Source of the DNA: a virus
Virus record (IMG/VR): IMGVR_UViG_3300008108_000118
Reading direction: 5' to 3' (one strand)
DNA length: 64,000 nt
Shown here: one piece after another, positions 1 through 10,332 of the stretch
How the letters are laid out: every line of letters begins with the position of its first letter
How positions within the stretch are numbered: position 1 is the stretch's first letter
Program-made: the position numbers and the translations under genes
The notes under the pieces: model-generated
What the model was told of the DNA's origin: nothing
The model's input: the letters and a program-made list of their open reading frames with translations, nothing else
The model's database searches: none

Positions 1-1269
1 CAACAATATATTGTTAACGGTTTAACACAAGGACTACCTGGTGTAATAAAAGTAGAAGATTTTTTTAATGATTATTATTCAACAGTAGAATTACCTGATA
101 TTGAACAAATAATTAAAAACGCCATGTATTTGAGTTTAGGTGGAGGTGGAGGTGACAACCCTTCTTTTCAAAAGGGAGTAGATTTTTTAAATAGACTTAT
201 AGCAAAATTATTTGCGGTTTGTGGATCACCAAAAGAAGGACAAAATCTAAAACAAAATGCGGTAGACATGTTTAATGAAAATGACGAAGATATTGAAAGT
301 TATTTTGATTTTACAAACACGGAAGGTATTGATTTAGATGATGAAAATAATAGATTTAGGAGAGTTCTTAAATTTACTGATTGTAATAATTTTGAAATAC
401 CTGTTGATGACAAAATATTAGAAGATTTTGTTTATTTAACAAATAGTAAATCGATAAATGATGTAATTAATGACGCATTAAATGATGCTGCCACAGCCGC
501 TTTTGATAGGTCGGATGGAACAATACCACAGATAAATTTTAATTTAAATTTAATGAATGATTTCATTATAAATTTACCAAAAGCTTTAATAATGTCGATA
601 TTAACACCTAAAGTATTTTTACCGATTTTAATAATATATAAATTATTTAAATCATTGTTAAATATTAGAATTGATGTTAAAGAAATAATGAAAAAATTAA
701 GTAAATTATTTAATGCTATTATTAAAGATTTATTTTGGCTTTTTATTAGAGAATTTTGGAGATTATTAAAAATAGATTTATTGGAATTCGTTTATCAAAT
801 TGCGGCTAAAATATTAAAAAACAAATATAAAAGATACTTAACAATTATTAGATCAATAATCTCAATACTACAACAAATAGTTGTTAATCCACCTGATAAT
901 TGTTTTGATATTTTTAATCTAATATTGACAACAATCACCAGTGCACTTAGGGGAGGTATTTCAAATGCAATTCCTGCAATTTTATTATCATTCGCAGATA
1001 AATTACCTGGTTATAGTCAGGATAGAGCATATATGAATATTGCCGAAAGATTAGAAGCGGCTGGTATCCCAATGGGACCACTGTATGGTGCATCAAATGA
1101 TTTACCGGCATTAGTTAAATCAATAATTGATGGCCACACTGAAGAAGAAGATAAAAACGGATTTATTGCCGGAGGAAATCAATTCTTTACTGTACCTATT
1201 CCACCTATGGGTGCAGGACCATTAATTGTTCCACCCGGTATGATAAGAGTTTTTGGTAAAAAACAATAA
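1..1269 (+). CDS. hypothetical protein, 5' end runs off the window edge; Gly-rich N-region, long hydrophobic/helical middle
   Basis: Frame 1 is open from base 1 with no stop before the ATG at 124, so the ORF continues upstream of the window. No family recognised. Confidence 0.55.
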   Translation, partial: QQYIVNGLTQGLPGVIKVEDFFNDYYSTVELPDIEQIIKNAMYLSLGGGGGDNPSFQKGVDFLNRLIAKLFAVCGSPKEGQNLKQNAVDMFNENDEDIESYFDFTNTEGIDLDDENNRFRRVLKFTDCNNFEIPVDDKILEDFVYLTNSKSINDVINDALNDAATAAFDRSDGTIPQINFNLNLMNDFIINLPKALIMSILTPKVFLPILIIYKLFKSLLNIRIDVKEIMKKLSKLFNAIIKDLFWLFIREFWRLLKIDLLEFVYQIAAKILKNKYKRYLTIIRSIISILQQIVVNPPDNCFDIFNLILTTITSALRGGISNAIPAILLSFADKLPGYSQDRAYMNIAERLEAAGIPMGPLYGASNDLPALVKSIIDGHTEEEDKNGFIAGGNQFFTVPIPPMGAGPLIVPPGMIRVFGKKQ

Positions 1270-1471
1270 TATGGATATAAATAAAATAATTGAAATATCT
1301 GAAAATGCCGAAAATAAACCAAACAAAGATTTAATTTCTGCCAGAGATATTTTAATTGAAGAATTTGAAAAAACAAAAGATTTAATAATAAATCTAACAA
1401 AACATCTTGAAGGTGTTGAAGAAATGTACGACAAAGTAAATAACGAAATAAAGAAAAGAATTATTAACTAA
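1253..1471 (+). CDS. small hypothetical protein (72 aa; may start at the Met at 1271)
   Basis: Short ORF that is translationally coupled to the next gene by a TAATG stop/start overlap at 1469-1473. Confidence 0.4.
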   Translation: MVKNNNMDINKIIEISENAENKPNKDLISARDILIEEFEKTKDLIINLTKHLEGVEEMYDKVNNEIKKRIIN

Positions 1472-2979
1472 TGAAAATAATTGATATTGCGGTATGTGAC
1501 GATAATAAAGACCCTAAAGGTTTGGGTAGAATAAGATATAAATTACATAGTTCAGGTGGTGGTGCAAAAGAAAAGGCTGTTGATTATGAAAAATGGGGTG
1601 AAACAGATTTGTTTGTTGCTCAACCATTTTTACCATTAAATATAAATTTTATACCAGAGATTGGACAGGCGGTCAAAATAATAAGATATGATGTTAATAA
1701 AGAGAGTGTAAATCAGGAATACATTGCAGGACCATTTGGAAATCCCTATGATTTTAATAATACAGTGTTGTCGTCACAATTACAAAACACTACTTATGGT
1801 TCAATTGCCAAAAAATCACCAGACATATATAAAAACGGTGAAATAGATGAAAGATATAAGGCGGCATTTACTGAAATAAATCATTATGGAGTTTATGGTA
1901 AATATGGTTCGGATTTAATTTTTACTGACAATGGATTACAGTTAAGAGGAGGTAAACTTTTATCAAAAGAAGCTGCAAGTTCAAAAAATAGGGAAACACT
2001 TATCAATTTTCCGATAATGTCGAAAAAATCATCTAGAATTTATTTAAAAAAATTTCCTAAAGTAATGGAGTTAAAACCGGTGGAAGAAAAGACGGAAAAA
2101 GTACAATTTGCGGTTTTAAAGACAATAATTGAATATAGTTTAGATAGTCTAACAAATCCACAATTTGTAAACATATATATGTATGATGTTGAAAAACCAT
2201 ATGGGAATTTATACAATACAAATTCATTTAACGAACATACTGAATTAGATTTTAATTATTTAAAATTGTATACATTATCAGGTAATACACCAACACTAAC
2301 ATTACCAATACCTCCATCCCCACCATCATTAACACCAACTATTAATGATGCATATCTTTTTCTAAGAGACGGATTTAAAAAGATAATTGAAAATGGTCCC
2401 TTTTCTTTAAACCCATTGTATAGAAAAACCACAGATTTATACCCATTATATTTTAGACCAACTAAAGAATTTAGAGAAAGAGTGGGTAATAATACAGAAA
2501 AACTAAAATTTTTAGATAATGTTTTTATAAGAAATAAAAAAACATCTGGTTTAATATGGTCATTCACACAAGTCGATCCACAAGTGATCCCAAATGTTGA
2601 AATAAAATTAAAACCATTTGTAAATGAAAATTCATCAGAACAAACTTTTGGTTCTATTTTATCTGATAAAATATTTTTATTATCTACAGAATATTCTTTA
2701 GGAACACCTGGTGGATCACCAAATATTAATTTTGAGGGATTAAGTAAATATGATTTAACTCAAGAGGATTACATATCAAAAATAGAACCTAGTACCTATG
2801 CAACAGTAAGGGGTGAAAAATTATTGGAATTCCTATTTGCATTGAAGGAAGTTTTATATGGTCACGTGCATAATATTAATAAAACATATATTAAGGAATG
2901 GGACGAACATGAAAATTTAGATAGATTATATCAATCTTTAGCAAATGACTTATTAAATACCTCAATTAGAATAAACTAA
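1471..2979 (+). CDS. hypothetical protein, 502 aa, possible virion/baseplate protein
   Basis: Long ORF coupled to the upstream gene. Has a Pro-rich stretch (PIPPSPPSLTP). No family recognised. Confidence 0.55.
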   Translation: MKIIDIAVCDDNKDPKGLGRIRYKLHSSGGGAKEKAVDYEKWGETDLFVAQPFLPLNINFIPEIGQAVKIIRYDVNKESVNQEYIAGPFGNPYDFNNTVLSSQLQNTTYGSIAKKSPDIYKNGEIDERYKAAFTEINHYGVYGKYGSDLIFTDNGLQLRGGKLLSKEAASSKNRETLINFPIMSKKSSRIYLKKFPKVMELKPVEEKTEKVQFAVLKTIIEYSLDSLTNPQFVNIYMYDVEKPYGNLYNTNSFNEHTELDFNYLKLYTLSGNTPTLTLPIPPSPPSLTPTINDAYLFLRDGFKKIIENGPFSLNPLYRKTTDLYPLYFRPTKEFRERVGNNTEKLKFLDNVFIRNKKTSGLIWSFTQVDPQVIPNVEIKLKPFVNENSSEQTFGSILSDKIFLLSTEYSLGTPGGSPNINFEGLSKYDLTQEDYISKIEPSTYATVRGEKLLEFLFALKEVLYGHVHNINKTYIKEWDEHENLDRLYQSLANDLLNTSIRIN

Positions 2980-3001
2980 TTGATATTTATAAAATAAAAA
3001 G

Positions 3002-4372
3002 ATGTCATATTTTCGTTCTTATTTTGAAAAAAATAATACTATACTTAAAAATTCTAGTATTAATACTGCCAAAAATCCGAATACCGAGATAATATACGGC
3101 ACCACATTCTCAAAATATCTGTTTAAGATAGATTTATCAACTTTACAACAAAAAATCGATTCCGGTGAGTATGTTATTGATGAAAACACAAAACACACTT
3201 TACATTTAACAAATACTATTTTTGGTGATGAGGCCCTATTGGGTGATGATAGGGGTAATAGTAATAGAAGAGCAACTTCTTTTGATTTGATATTATTTAG
3301 GGTTAATGAATTTTGGGACGAAGGTGTTGGTTTTGATTATGATAAAGTATATGATTTAGCAACTGGAGAACAGTTATTTGACGTTAGACCATCAAATTGG
3401 TTTAATAGAACAAGTGTTGATACATGGGGGGAAGAAGGTGTTTATTCAACTTCACCCGATATAATTGAAACAATACATTTTGATAATGGTAATGAAGATA
3501 TTAATATAGATCTAACAGATTATGTTAACGGTATTTTAGAAAATGGTGACGATAATTATGGTCTTGGTTTGGCGTTTTCTGTTATATATCAGGATGTAAC
3601 GACGGATGTTGGTCAAAGTGTTTCATTTTTTTCAAAGTATACACAGACGTTTTTCGAACCATATCTTGAGACTTATTTCCATGACGTAATAGAAGATGAT
3701 AGACAAAATTTTGTACATGGTGTTGAACAAAATCTATATCTGTATGTGACAAAGGGTACAAATTTTTATGATTTAGATTCATTACCATCTGTAGATATAT
3801 TAGATAGTACAAAAACACCGATAGCGGGATTAGAAAATCTAACACCAGTAAAAGTTAAAAAGGGTGTTTACAAGGTTACATTTGGTATTGAGGGTATTTT
3901 ATGTGATGGTAAAAAGTTTTTTTATGATAAATGGAAAAATATAGAAATTGATGGAGTATCAATTGATGATATACTACAAAAGTTCGTACCAAAACCATAT
4001 ACTTCACAATATACAATAGGTGAAAATCCAACAGAATTACAGAGATATGCAATACAATATTTTGGTATTAAACTTAATGAAAAAATAAATAGAGGAGAAA
4101 AAAGAAAAGTTGTGGTAACTTTCAGATCAATCGATTATCCAAAAACAGTTTTATTTGATGAGGTATATTATAGAATATATATAAGGGAAGGTAGAACACA
4201 AGTAAATGTATTTGATTGGACTAAATTAGATAGGACAAATGAGAATTCTTTTGTTTTTGACACATCCTACATGATACCGAGAGAATATTATTTGGAGATA
4301 AAAGGTAAAACACATTCTGAAGAAATTTTTTACAAAGAAAATATAAACTTTGAGATTGTGTCAGAAAAGTAA
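3002..4372 (+). CDS. hypothetical protein, 456 aa
   Basis: Long ORF preceded by a TATTTATAAAA motif. No family recognised. Confidence 0.55.
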   Translation: MSYFRSYFEKNNTILKNSSINTAKNPNTEIIYGTTFSKYLFKIDLSTLQQKIDSGEYVIDENTKHTLHLTNTIFGDEALLGDDRGNSNRRATSFDLILFRVNEFWDEGVGFDYDKVYDLATGEQLFDVRPSNWFNRTSVDTWGEEGVYSTSPDIIETIHFDNGNEDINIDLTDYVNGILENGDDNYGLGLAFSVIYQDVTTDVGQSVSFFSKYTQTFFEPYLETYFHDVIEDDRQNFVHGVEQNLYLYVTKGTNFYDLDSLPSVDILDSTKTPIAGLENLTPVKVKKGVYKVTFGIEGILCDGKKFFYDKWKNIEIDGVSIDDILQKFVPKPYTSQYTIGENPTELQRYAIQYFGIKLNEKINRGEKRKVVVTFRSIDYPKTVLFDEVYYRIYIREGRTQVNVFDWTKLDRTNENSFVFDTSYMIPREYYLEIKGKTHSEEIFYKENINFEIVSEK

Positions 4373-4385
4373 AATATTTATAAAT

Positions 4386-4841
4386 ATGAAAAATTTAAAT
4401 CAAATTATAAGAAAACACCTCAGAGTTATATCTGAAAATGATGGAAAACCTGAACAGGAAAATTATATGTTTTTTGGTAACATAGAACAAATGAAAAGAC
4501 AATGTGAACTATTAATGGGGGAAGATAAAAACCAAATAGATTCAATTTTAAAGGAACACGATTGGGCACAAGATCATATTTCTGAGGCAAAAAGTTTACT
4601 AGACCAAGTTTTTGATTTTTTAATGAATCAAACAAAAGGAGAACAATATGAAGATGAAATGATTAATGAAGAAAGTCAAATTGATGAGGGAAAAAACAAA
4701 CCAACAAATCCTAAATTATGGGCAAGAGCTAAATCTATGGCAAAATCCAAATTTAAGGTTTATCCAAGTGCATATGCAAATGGTTGGGCGGCAAAATGGT
4801 ATAAAAAACATGGTGGTGGTTGGAGAAAAACTAAAAAATAA
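4386..4841 (+). CDS. hypothetical protein with conserved C-terminal KVYPSAYANGWAAKWYKKHGGGW motif
   Basis: Track ORF 4350..4841 overlaps the end of the upstream gene. The in-frame ATG at 4386 lies directly behind TATTTATAAATA, so that start is preferred. Confidence 0.5.
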   Translation: MKNLNQIIRKHLRVISENDGKPEQENYMFFGNIEQMKRQCELLMGEDKNQIDSILKEHDWAQDHISEAKSLLDQVFDFLMNQTKGEQYEDEMINEESQIDEGKNKPTNPKLWARAKSMAKSKFKVYPSAYANGWAAKWYKKHGGGWRKTKK

Positions 4842-4853
4842 ATTTTATTACAA

Positions 4854-6149
4854 ATGAATCAATTGGGTATAATAGTATCAAAAGAGGATAAAGAATACAT
4901 CGAAGAATGTATACAATCTGGCGAGGTACTAAAGGAGGATTTAAGAAGGTGGTTTAAGGAAAAGTGGGTTGATGTAAGTAGAAAAGTTGATGGTAAACAT
5001 CCACCATGTGGACGTAAAAAAGCAACAGGTAAAGGTTATCCAAAATGTCGACCAAAAAAGAAAGTATCAAAAGAAACACCTAAAACCGCGGGATCATATT
5101 CTAAAAAAGAAAAAAAGGCAATGACTTCTCAAAAAAGAAGAGCAGAAAAAAAAGACCCGAAACCCGGTAAAGGAAATAAACCAACATTTACGAGATATGT
5201 AAATGAGGCCTTCGATGTTGATCCGAATGAATATAAAAAAATACTACAAACTAAAGATTTTTTATTAGTTGTTCCATTTACACATAAAGCATCTTGTAAA
5301 TATGGTGCTAATACTAAATGGTGTACAACTAAAAGACATGACGATGAGGATTTTGAAGATCATGTTTCATCGGGTGTATTAGCGTATTTAATAGTAAGAA
5401 ACCCTGAATATAGAGATAAATTAAATAATTCAAAATTTGCATTATTTAGATATAAAGGAGAAGAGGGTGATGAAGATGGTTTGGTTTACACTGAATTAAA
5501 TAATGAATATCCAATAAAGTGGTTTAAAAACTTAATGGGTAAAAATGGTTTAACAGATGATTATTCTGAAATAATTGAAAAATATAATAATTTTTATAAA
5601 AAATATACAAACATGGCGTTAAATGAAAATATAGTTAAAAAATTAACTAATTTAGTTATGGAAGAATTAAGTAATGAGATAACTTTTGAAGATTTAGAAA
5701 CACTAAAAAAAATAAATAAGTTCGTTAAAAAACAAGAAGTAATTGATTGGTTTAATGAAAACGATATTGAGTATTTTGACATGAATGATATGGAAATGTA
5801 TATAATGTACATCGAAAAAAACATGGAGGATTCTGAAGATTTAGGATCAGTAGAAGAAACTGACTTTATTGCTGATGATTTATTAAATGAGGCAGAATAT
5901 CAAGGACGTAAAGTTCAATTAGGTAAGATCATGCAAGGTGATATTAAGAAATTTAAAGTATACGTTAAAAACGATAAAGGAAAAGTTGTTAAAGTTAATT
6001 TCGGTTTCGGTGGTAAATCTGCCAAGGGAAAAAGAATGGTTATTAAAAAGAATAACCCTGAAAGAAGAAAATCATTTAGAGCAAGACATAATTGTGACAA
6101 TCCAGGTCCTCGTTGGAAACCAAGATATTGGGCTTGTAGAACATGGTAA
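4854..6149 (+). CDS. paralog-family protein A (core motif KYGANTKWCTT); basic Cys-containing N-region and a C-terminal FRARHNCDNPGP...YWACRTW motif
   Basis: Shares the block L-x-P-x-T-x3-S-x-K-Y-G-x-N-T-x-W-C-T...F-x-Y...G-h-h-h-h with ORFs 21896..22756, 54534..56093 and 59961..61811. Confidence 0.65.
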   Translation: MNQLGIIVSKEDKEYIEECIQSGEVLKEDLRRWFKEKWVDVSRKVDGKHPPCGRKKATGKGYPKCRPKKKVSKETPKTAGSYSKKEKKAMTSQKRRAEKKDPKPGKGNKPTFTRYVNEAFDVDPNEYKKILQTKDFLLVVPFTHKASCKYGANTKWCTTKRHDDEDFEDHVSSGVLAYLIVRNPEYRDKLNNSKFALFRYKGEEGDEDGLVYTELNNEYPIKWFKNLMGKNGLTDDYSEIIEKYNNFYKKYTNMALNENIVKKLTNLVMEELSNEITFEDLETLKKINKFVKKQEVIDWFNENDIEYFDMNDMEMYIMYIEKNMEDSEDLGSVEETDFIADDLLNEAEYQGRKVQLGKIMQGDIKKFKVYVKNDKGKVVKVNFGFGGKSAKGKRMVIKKNNPERRKSFRARHNCDNPGPRWKPRYWACRTW

Positions 6150-6590
6150 TTAATAAAAGATAATTTTAATATCACATTCATTAAGGAGTTCTAAACTCCT
6201 TTTTTGTTGCTCTTCCCACATCTCTTTATTGTTTGTTGTACAAACCTCTTTACAATAAACTGTTTTTATACCCGAGTTAACAATACCCCTTGCACAATCC
6301 ATACAAGGTAAACCCGACGTAAGATATATTGTTGAATTTTTTAATGAAACACCTATTCTTGCTGCGTTATATATGGCATTACGTTCCGCATGTTCAAACC
6401 AGAAGTATTTTTCGGGTCTTTCCTGACGTTCTTCTTTTGAATCATATAAACCCCTTGGGAATGAATTATAACCTGTAGAAAGGATCTCATTATCCTCACC
6501 AACTATAACTGCACCTATTTGGGTGTATTTGTCTTTTGACTTTAACTTAACCTGTTCTGCGATCCCCAAAAAATAGTCTTTCCAATCCAT
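6150..6590 (-). CDS. cd: deoxycytidylate (dCMP) deaminase
   Basis: Zinc-binding motifs HAERNAI and PCMDCA are typical of the CMP/dCMP deaminase family. Track ORF starts with TTG at 6614. The ATG at 6588-6590 overlaps the upstream stop in an ATGA overlap. Confidence 0.85.
   Translation of the reverse strand: MDWKDYFLGIAEQVKLKSKDKYTQIGAVIVGEDNEILSTGYNSFPRGLYDSKEERQERPEKYFWFEHAERNAIYNAARIGVSLKNSTIYLTSGLPCMDCARGIVNSGIKTVYCKEVCTTNNKEMWEEQQKRSLELLNECDIKIIFY
6183..6206 (+). terminator. intrinsic terminator for the plus-strand gene ending at 6149, embedded in the 3' coding end of the convergent dCMP deaminase gene
   Basis: AAGGAGT-TCTAA-ACTCCTT hairpin followed by TTTTTG. Confidence 0.5.
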
Positions 6591-6916
6591 CACATTAATT
6601 TTTGTGGAGACCAATATTGTAATCTATTATCTGAATACCTATCCAATCTACGAGCCTCTTTTTTCTCGATAAGTTTATTAATTTCTGTCATGTGTTTTTT
6701 ATTTCTAATATCAACACCGACAATGTATCCTCCGTCCGATTTTTCATATGTTGTTTCAAATATGAATTTACCCTCATCATCTTTTTTTAATAGTTCAACA
6801 ATACCATTTTTGGTATCATTTTCTTTCTTATAAATTTTGTAGGGAATCGAACGTAATTCAATTAACTTTTGAAGAACGTCTAATCTTAGTTTTTCGTATT
6901 CATTTTCATCTGTCAT
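6590..6916 (-). CDS. hypothetical protein, 108 aa
   Basis: ORF with TTTG-N20-TATATTTG promoter-like elements ending 4 nt before its ATG (possible leaderless mRNA). Confidence 0.5.
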   Translation of the reverse strand: MTDENEYEKLRLDVLQKLIELRSIPYKIYKKENDTKNGIVELLKKDDEGKFIFETTYEKSDGGYIVGVDIRNKKHMTEINKLIEKKEARRLDRYSDNRLQYWSPQKLM

Positions 6917-6920
6917 TTAA

Positions 6921-6958
6921 CAAATATAACGAATAAAACAATAAACACCAAAATTAAT
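6921..6958 (-). promoter_or_regulatory. putative Bacteroidota-type sigmaA promoter (TTTG-N20-TATATTTG) abutting the start codon of gene 6590..6916
   Basis: Minus strand reads aatTTTGgtgtttattgttttattcgtTATATTTGttaaATG. Only 4 nt lie between the -7 box and the ATG. Confidence 0.4.
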
Positions 6959-7148
6959 TCACTTTAAGTAACCAAAATTTTCTATCATTTATTTTTACAA
7001 AGGTGGTATTTGATGTCATCCTATCAACATAAGTTTCTTTAACTCCATTTGTAAATGTGAGAACAAATCCTGTTTTTGTTGAATTCCATTTAATTTTATT
7101 CATATAATGTATTTGAATTAATATAAGATTTTAACGGGATTATGTAAA

Positions 7149-7178
7149 CAAAAAACCCCCGATTTCTCGAGGGTTTTT
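7149..7178 (-). terminator. intrinsic terminator downstream of the major capsid gene (A-tract/GC hairpin/T-tract, potentially bidirectional)
   Basis: AAAAACCCCCGATTTCTCGAGGGTTTTT located 20-50 nt past the MCP stop codon. Confidence 0.7.
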
Positions 7179-7197
7179 ATATTGACATCAATTAAGA

Positions 7198-8937
7198 TTA
7201 TCTTAATGTATCCAAGCTAAATGTAGTTAAACCATTTACTGTGATAGTACCGAAGTAACGGTTGTTAACCATTTTCTTCGCGTATCTTGTCATGATACCT
7301 TTGATAGGTGTCATTGTGAATGGATTATACATTGTTGGAGTCAACTGTAAAGGTACGTATGGAGCGTAGATGTAACCAGCGTCCAATAAAGATTTACCTT
7401 TATGACCAATCAAGATCTTATTCGCAGGGAAGTAAGGATCACGATAAACTTGGTAACGACCAGCAAGTGAACCTACTTTTTCGATACCCATGTTATATTG
7501 ATCTTGCTCAGGAGCTGCGTTTGATACGTGGAAATACTCTAAATCATCGAATACTGCAGAAACTTCTGAAGAAACAACGATCCAGTTAGCACCACCTCTC
7601 AAAGTAGTCTTGTGGATTTGAGCAGAAATTTGGTTGATCTTGGTAACCAAAGTTTGGTTCCAGTCTTTCTGAGTGTAACCTTGAAGAGTTGCACCACCTG
7701 TTCCACCATATTTCCATTCGTTATAGTCACATTTAGCCGTCCAAGCTGCACCTTTTCTAAGGTCACGTAAGATTTCACGATCAACCTCAGCTGCGATTTG
7801 CTCAGATAACAATGCTGTTAACTCAGCTTCAGCGTCGATGTTGTGGAATGCACTTACGTCTTGAGCCAATTCAGGAGACCAAGTAGCTCTCAACTTTCTT
7901 TCAGTAACAGAAACTGTTACAGATTGAAGATCGAAAGAAACTTCACCAATTTCATCTTCGAATTCTAATGTTTCATACACTCTGAAGTGTAAAACGAAGT
8001 CAGCAAGAGCGAATGTACTATTAAGTGTTGTGTTAGAGTAACCGGACACAGAAGAATAGTTTTGTAAATCTACTTGAACATAAATTGTTCCTGTTTCATC
8101 ACAAATGTCATTATACTTAGCAGTACCACCCATAGCACCTGGGAAAGTAGCTGTTGATTTTTGACCGTATTCAACAATACCTTTACCGTATTTTTGAGTT
8201 ACGATATTGAAGTTTTTAGAAACACCACTGAATTTAATTTCAGCAGATGCTAAAAATTCTTCAGTATCCATAATCTGACCGTTAGGTCCAATTAATTTAC
8301 CTTGACCGTCTTTAGCGAATCCGGTGAACGTAAGAATTAATGAAGGAACGCTTTGACTATTTAATGAACTTAATGGACTTACAGGTGTAGCCACACCGTT
8401 ACTGAAATTAACTACACTAGCAGCATTCATTGTGATAGCACTGAATCTACCTTTAGAATAATCGAAAAGTCCTGTGTCAGGTGCGTTACCGTCACCAGTC
8501 TCATAGAAACGATCATAAAGGTTTACTCCAGTATATCCATCATCAGCAGAACCTGTTCCACCAGGAATACCATATGGTGTGTAGTGTGATCCACTGTTTC
8601 TTTCCTGAATTTTAGGAATGAAGTAGAATAATTTACCGATAGGTAAGTTCATAGCTTGTACAGACACGATGTCATTAGCTAATAATTTAGAGAATACACG
8701 TCTGATGATTGGGAATACAACAGTTTCGAAAGAACCTGATGCATCCGCAACCGCAGCTTCGTTGATTAAGTATGAAGCTTGGTTTTCATACAATTGTGCA
8801 ATGTTATCTTTTTGGTGACCATCAAGACCTTCTAAAAAGCCTAAGTCATCCCATTTTTTAATGGTATCTTCTTTGATAACACGAAGGTGCTTAAGACCGA
8901 TGTTACCAACCATACCTGATTCTAATAATGCTCCCAT
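7198..8937 (-). CDS. major capsid protein, T4 gp23-like
   Basis: Blocks ATWSPELAQDVSAFHNIDAEAELTALLSEQIAAEVDREIL and YIYAPYVPL...TRYAK align with T4 gp23 (AAYSIELAQDLRAVHGMDADAELSGILATEIMLEINREVV; YYAPYVAL...TRYG). Sits at the end of a terminase-portal-protease-scaffold block. Confidence 0.9.
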   Translation of the reverse strand: MGALLESGMVGNIGLKHLRVIKEDTIKKWDDLGFLEGLDGHQKDNIAQLYENQASYLINEAAVADASGSFETVVFPIIRRVFSKLLANDIVSVQAMNLPIGKLFYFIPKIQERNSGSHYTPYGIPGGTGSADDGYTGVNLYDRFYETGDGNAPDTGLFDYSKGRFSAITMNAASVVNFSNGVATPVSPLSSLNSQSVPSLILTFTGFAKDGQGKLIGPNGQIMDTEEFLASAEIKFSGVSKNFNIVTQKYGKGIVEYGQKSTATFPGAMGGTAKYNDICDETGTIYVQVDLQNYSSVSGYSNTTLNSTFALADFVLHFRVYETLEFEDEIGEVSFDLQSVTVSVTERKLRATWSPELAQDVSAFHNIDAEAELTALLSEQIAAEVDREILRDLRKGAAWTAKCDYNEWKYGGTGGATLQGYTQKDWNQTLVTKINQISAQIHKTTLRGGANWIVVSSEVSAVFDDLEYFHVSNAAPEQDQYNMGIEKVGSLAGRYQVYRDPYFPANKILIGHKGKSLLDAGYIYAPYVPLQLTPTMYNPFTMTPIKGIMTRYAKKMVNNRYFGTITVNGLTTFSLDTLR

Positions 8938-8965
8938 TTTAGTTTGTTTTTATTTTTTTGGTTTA

Positions 8966-10252
8966 TTATTTTATTTTACTCATCAAATCTTTCATTCTCT
9001 TGAACTGTGGATTTTCGTATGCTTTTGATTCCGACAATACATTTGAAGAAGATGTTGATGGAGTTGAAGTGATTTTTTCTGAAACTGTTTCGGTTACTGG
9101 TTTTTTAGTTCCCAATTCAGATTTTATTGTGTTAAATAAGTTTTTAGACTCATTCATAGTAGAAATCGAATCAAATCTCTTCATAATATTCAATTTCTCC
9201 TGTTTTGTTGTTGAATGTTCAGTGAACAAACGAGTAGCGTAAGCCAAATTAGCATTGAATACCGCAACTTCATTTAATTTTTCCTTAAAAAGAACTAAAG
9301 CCTTTTTGTATTCTGCGTTTTGTTTTCTTAATTTAGAAACTTCTTCATTAATACCAAAAACACCTGAACCTGCTTTATATTTTTTCTTACTTGGTAATCC
9401 GGATCTGTCTAAACCACCTTTATTACCATGAGGATTTGATTTAGTTCTTGCGGCTTCAGTCGCCTCAATTGGTGTCCCATCTTCAGAACCTTCTGGTTCT
9501 TCGTATGTGAATGGTTCCTCTTCAGAAATATCTAATGTTGGATCTTCTTCATCAAGTGTTATTTCATAAACATTTTCTTCACCTAATTCAGGATCCATGT
9601 CCATTTCTTCTTCCAATTCAGGTTCCATACCCATTTCTTCTTCCAATTCAGGTTCCATACCCATTTCTTCTTCCAATTCAGGATCCATGTCCATTTCTTC
9701 AGAAAGATCTTCTGTGTATGGTGATTCTTCTTCTAGATCTTCGTCACCTTCACCATCTAATTTAATGATATATTCATCACCGTCGATTTCAAGATCAAGT
9801 TCATCATCATCTTTTTTAACAATAATACCATCTTCAGGTTTCATTGCTTTAAAAACTTTAAGAACTTCATCGTGAGAAGCGCCTGTCATGTCCATAACAC
9901 CACTATCGTCAGATGGTTCGTCTTCATATGATGTTTCGTCTTCATCATCAGAAGGTAATTCTTCATCATCAGAAGTCTCATCATCAGAAGGTAACTCTTC
10001 ATCATCAGAAGTTTCATCTTCATCGGAGGTTGTGTCATCACCAGCATCATCGGCTGTTACATCATCTTCCTCTTCTTCAGGATTGGGTTGTTCTTCAACA
10101 TCCTTTTCCTCTTCTTCCAAACTTTCTTTAAGCAATTCGTTTAGTTCTTGTTTCATTGTTGAAGCAAGTATACCTTTTGCATTTGCTTTTACTGCTTCTT
10201 CAAGATTTTGTACTTGAAGTAACGCTTGTTCTAAAACTGATTTTTCGGTCAT
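8966..10252 (-). CDS. prohead scaffolding protein (highly acidic, repeat-rich), T4 gp22-like by position
   Basis: About 40% Asp/Glu. Tandem in-frame repeats (EEEMGMEPEL; ETSDDEELPSDD). Lies immediately upstream of the MCP gene. Confidence 0.65.
   Translation of the reverse strand: MTEKSVLEQALLQVQNLEEAVKANAKGILASTMKQELNELLKESLEEEEKDVEEQPNPEEEEDDVTADDAGDDTTSDEDETSDDEELPSDDETSDDEELPSDDEDETSYEDEPSDDSGVMDMTGASHDEVLKVFKAMKPEDGIIVKKDDDELDLEIDGDEYIIKLDGEGDEDLEEESPYTEDLSEEMDMDPELEEEMGMEPELEEEMGMEPELEEEMDMDPELGEENVYEITLDEEDPTLDISEEEPFTYEEPEGSEDGTPIEATEAARTKSNPHGNKGGLDRSGLPSKKKYKAGSGVFGINEEVSKLRKQNAEYKKALVLFKEKLNEVAVFNANLAYATRLFTEHSTTKQEKLNIMKRFDSISTMNESKNLFNTIKSELGTKKPVTETVSEKITSTPSTSSSNVLSESKAYENPQFKRMKDLMSKIK
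9597..9700. repeat. in-frame 33-bp tandem repeats (about 3-4 copies) inside the scaffold gene
   Basis: ccatttcttcttccaattcaggttccatac repeated. A second 39-bp repeat family lies at about 9905-10020. Confidence 0.8.
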
Positions 10253-10332
10253 TTGCGAATTTTATTTTTATATAAATACTTTGATTATATAGAAAATTTA
10301 CTTTTAAGATATTAATATCAATAAAAAATTTA

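Noticed and set aside
9597-10020. CRISPR-like array suggested by regular 33/39-bp tandem repeats
   Set aside because: The repeats are contiguous with no spacers, are in-frame inside the acidic scaffold ORF, and encode peptide repeats. The same applies to 19085-19620 inside gene 18893..19987.
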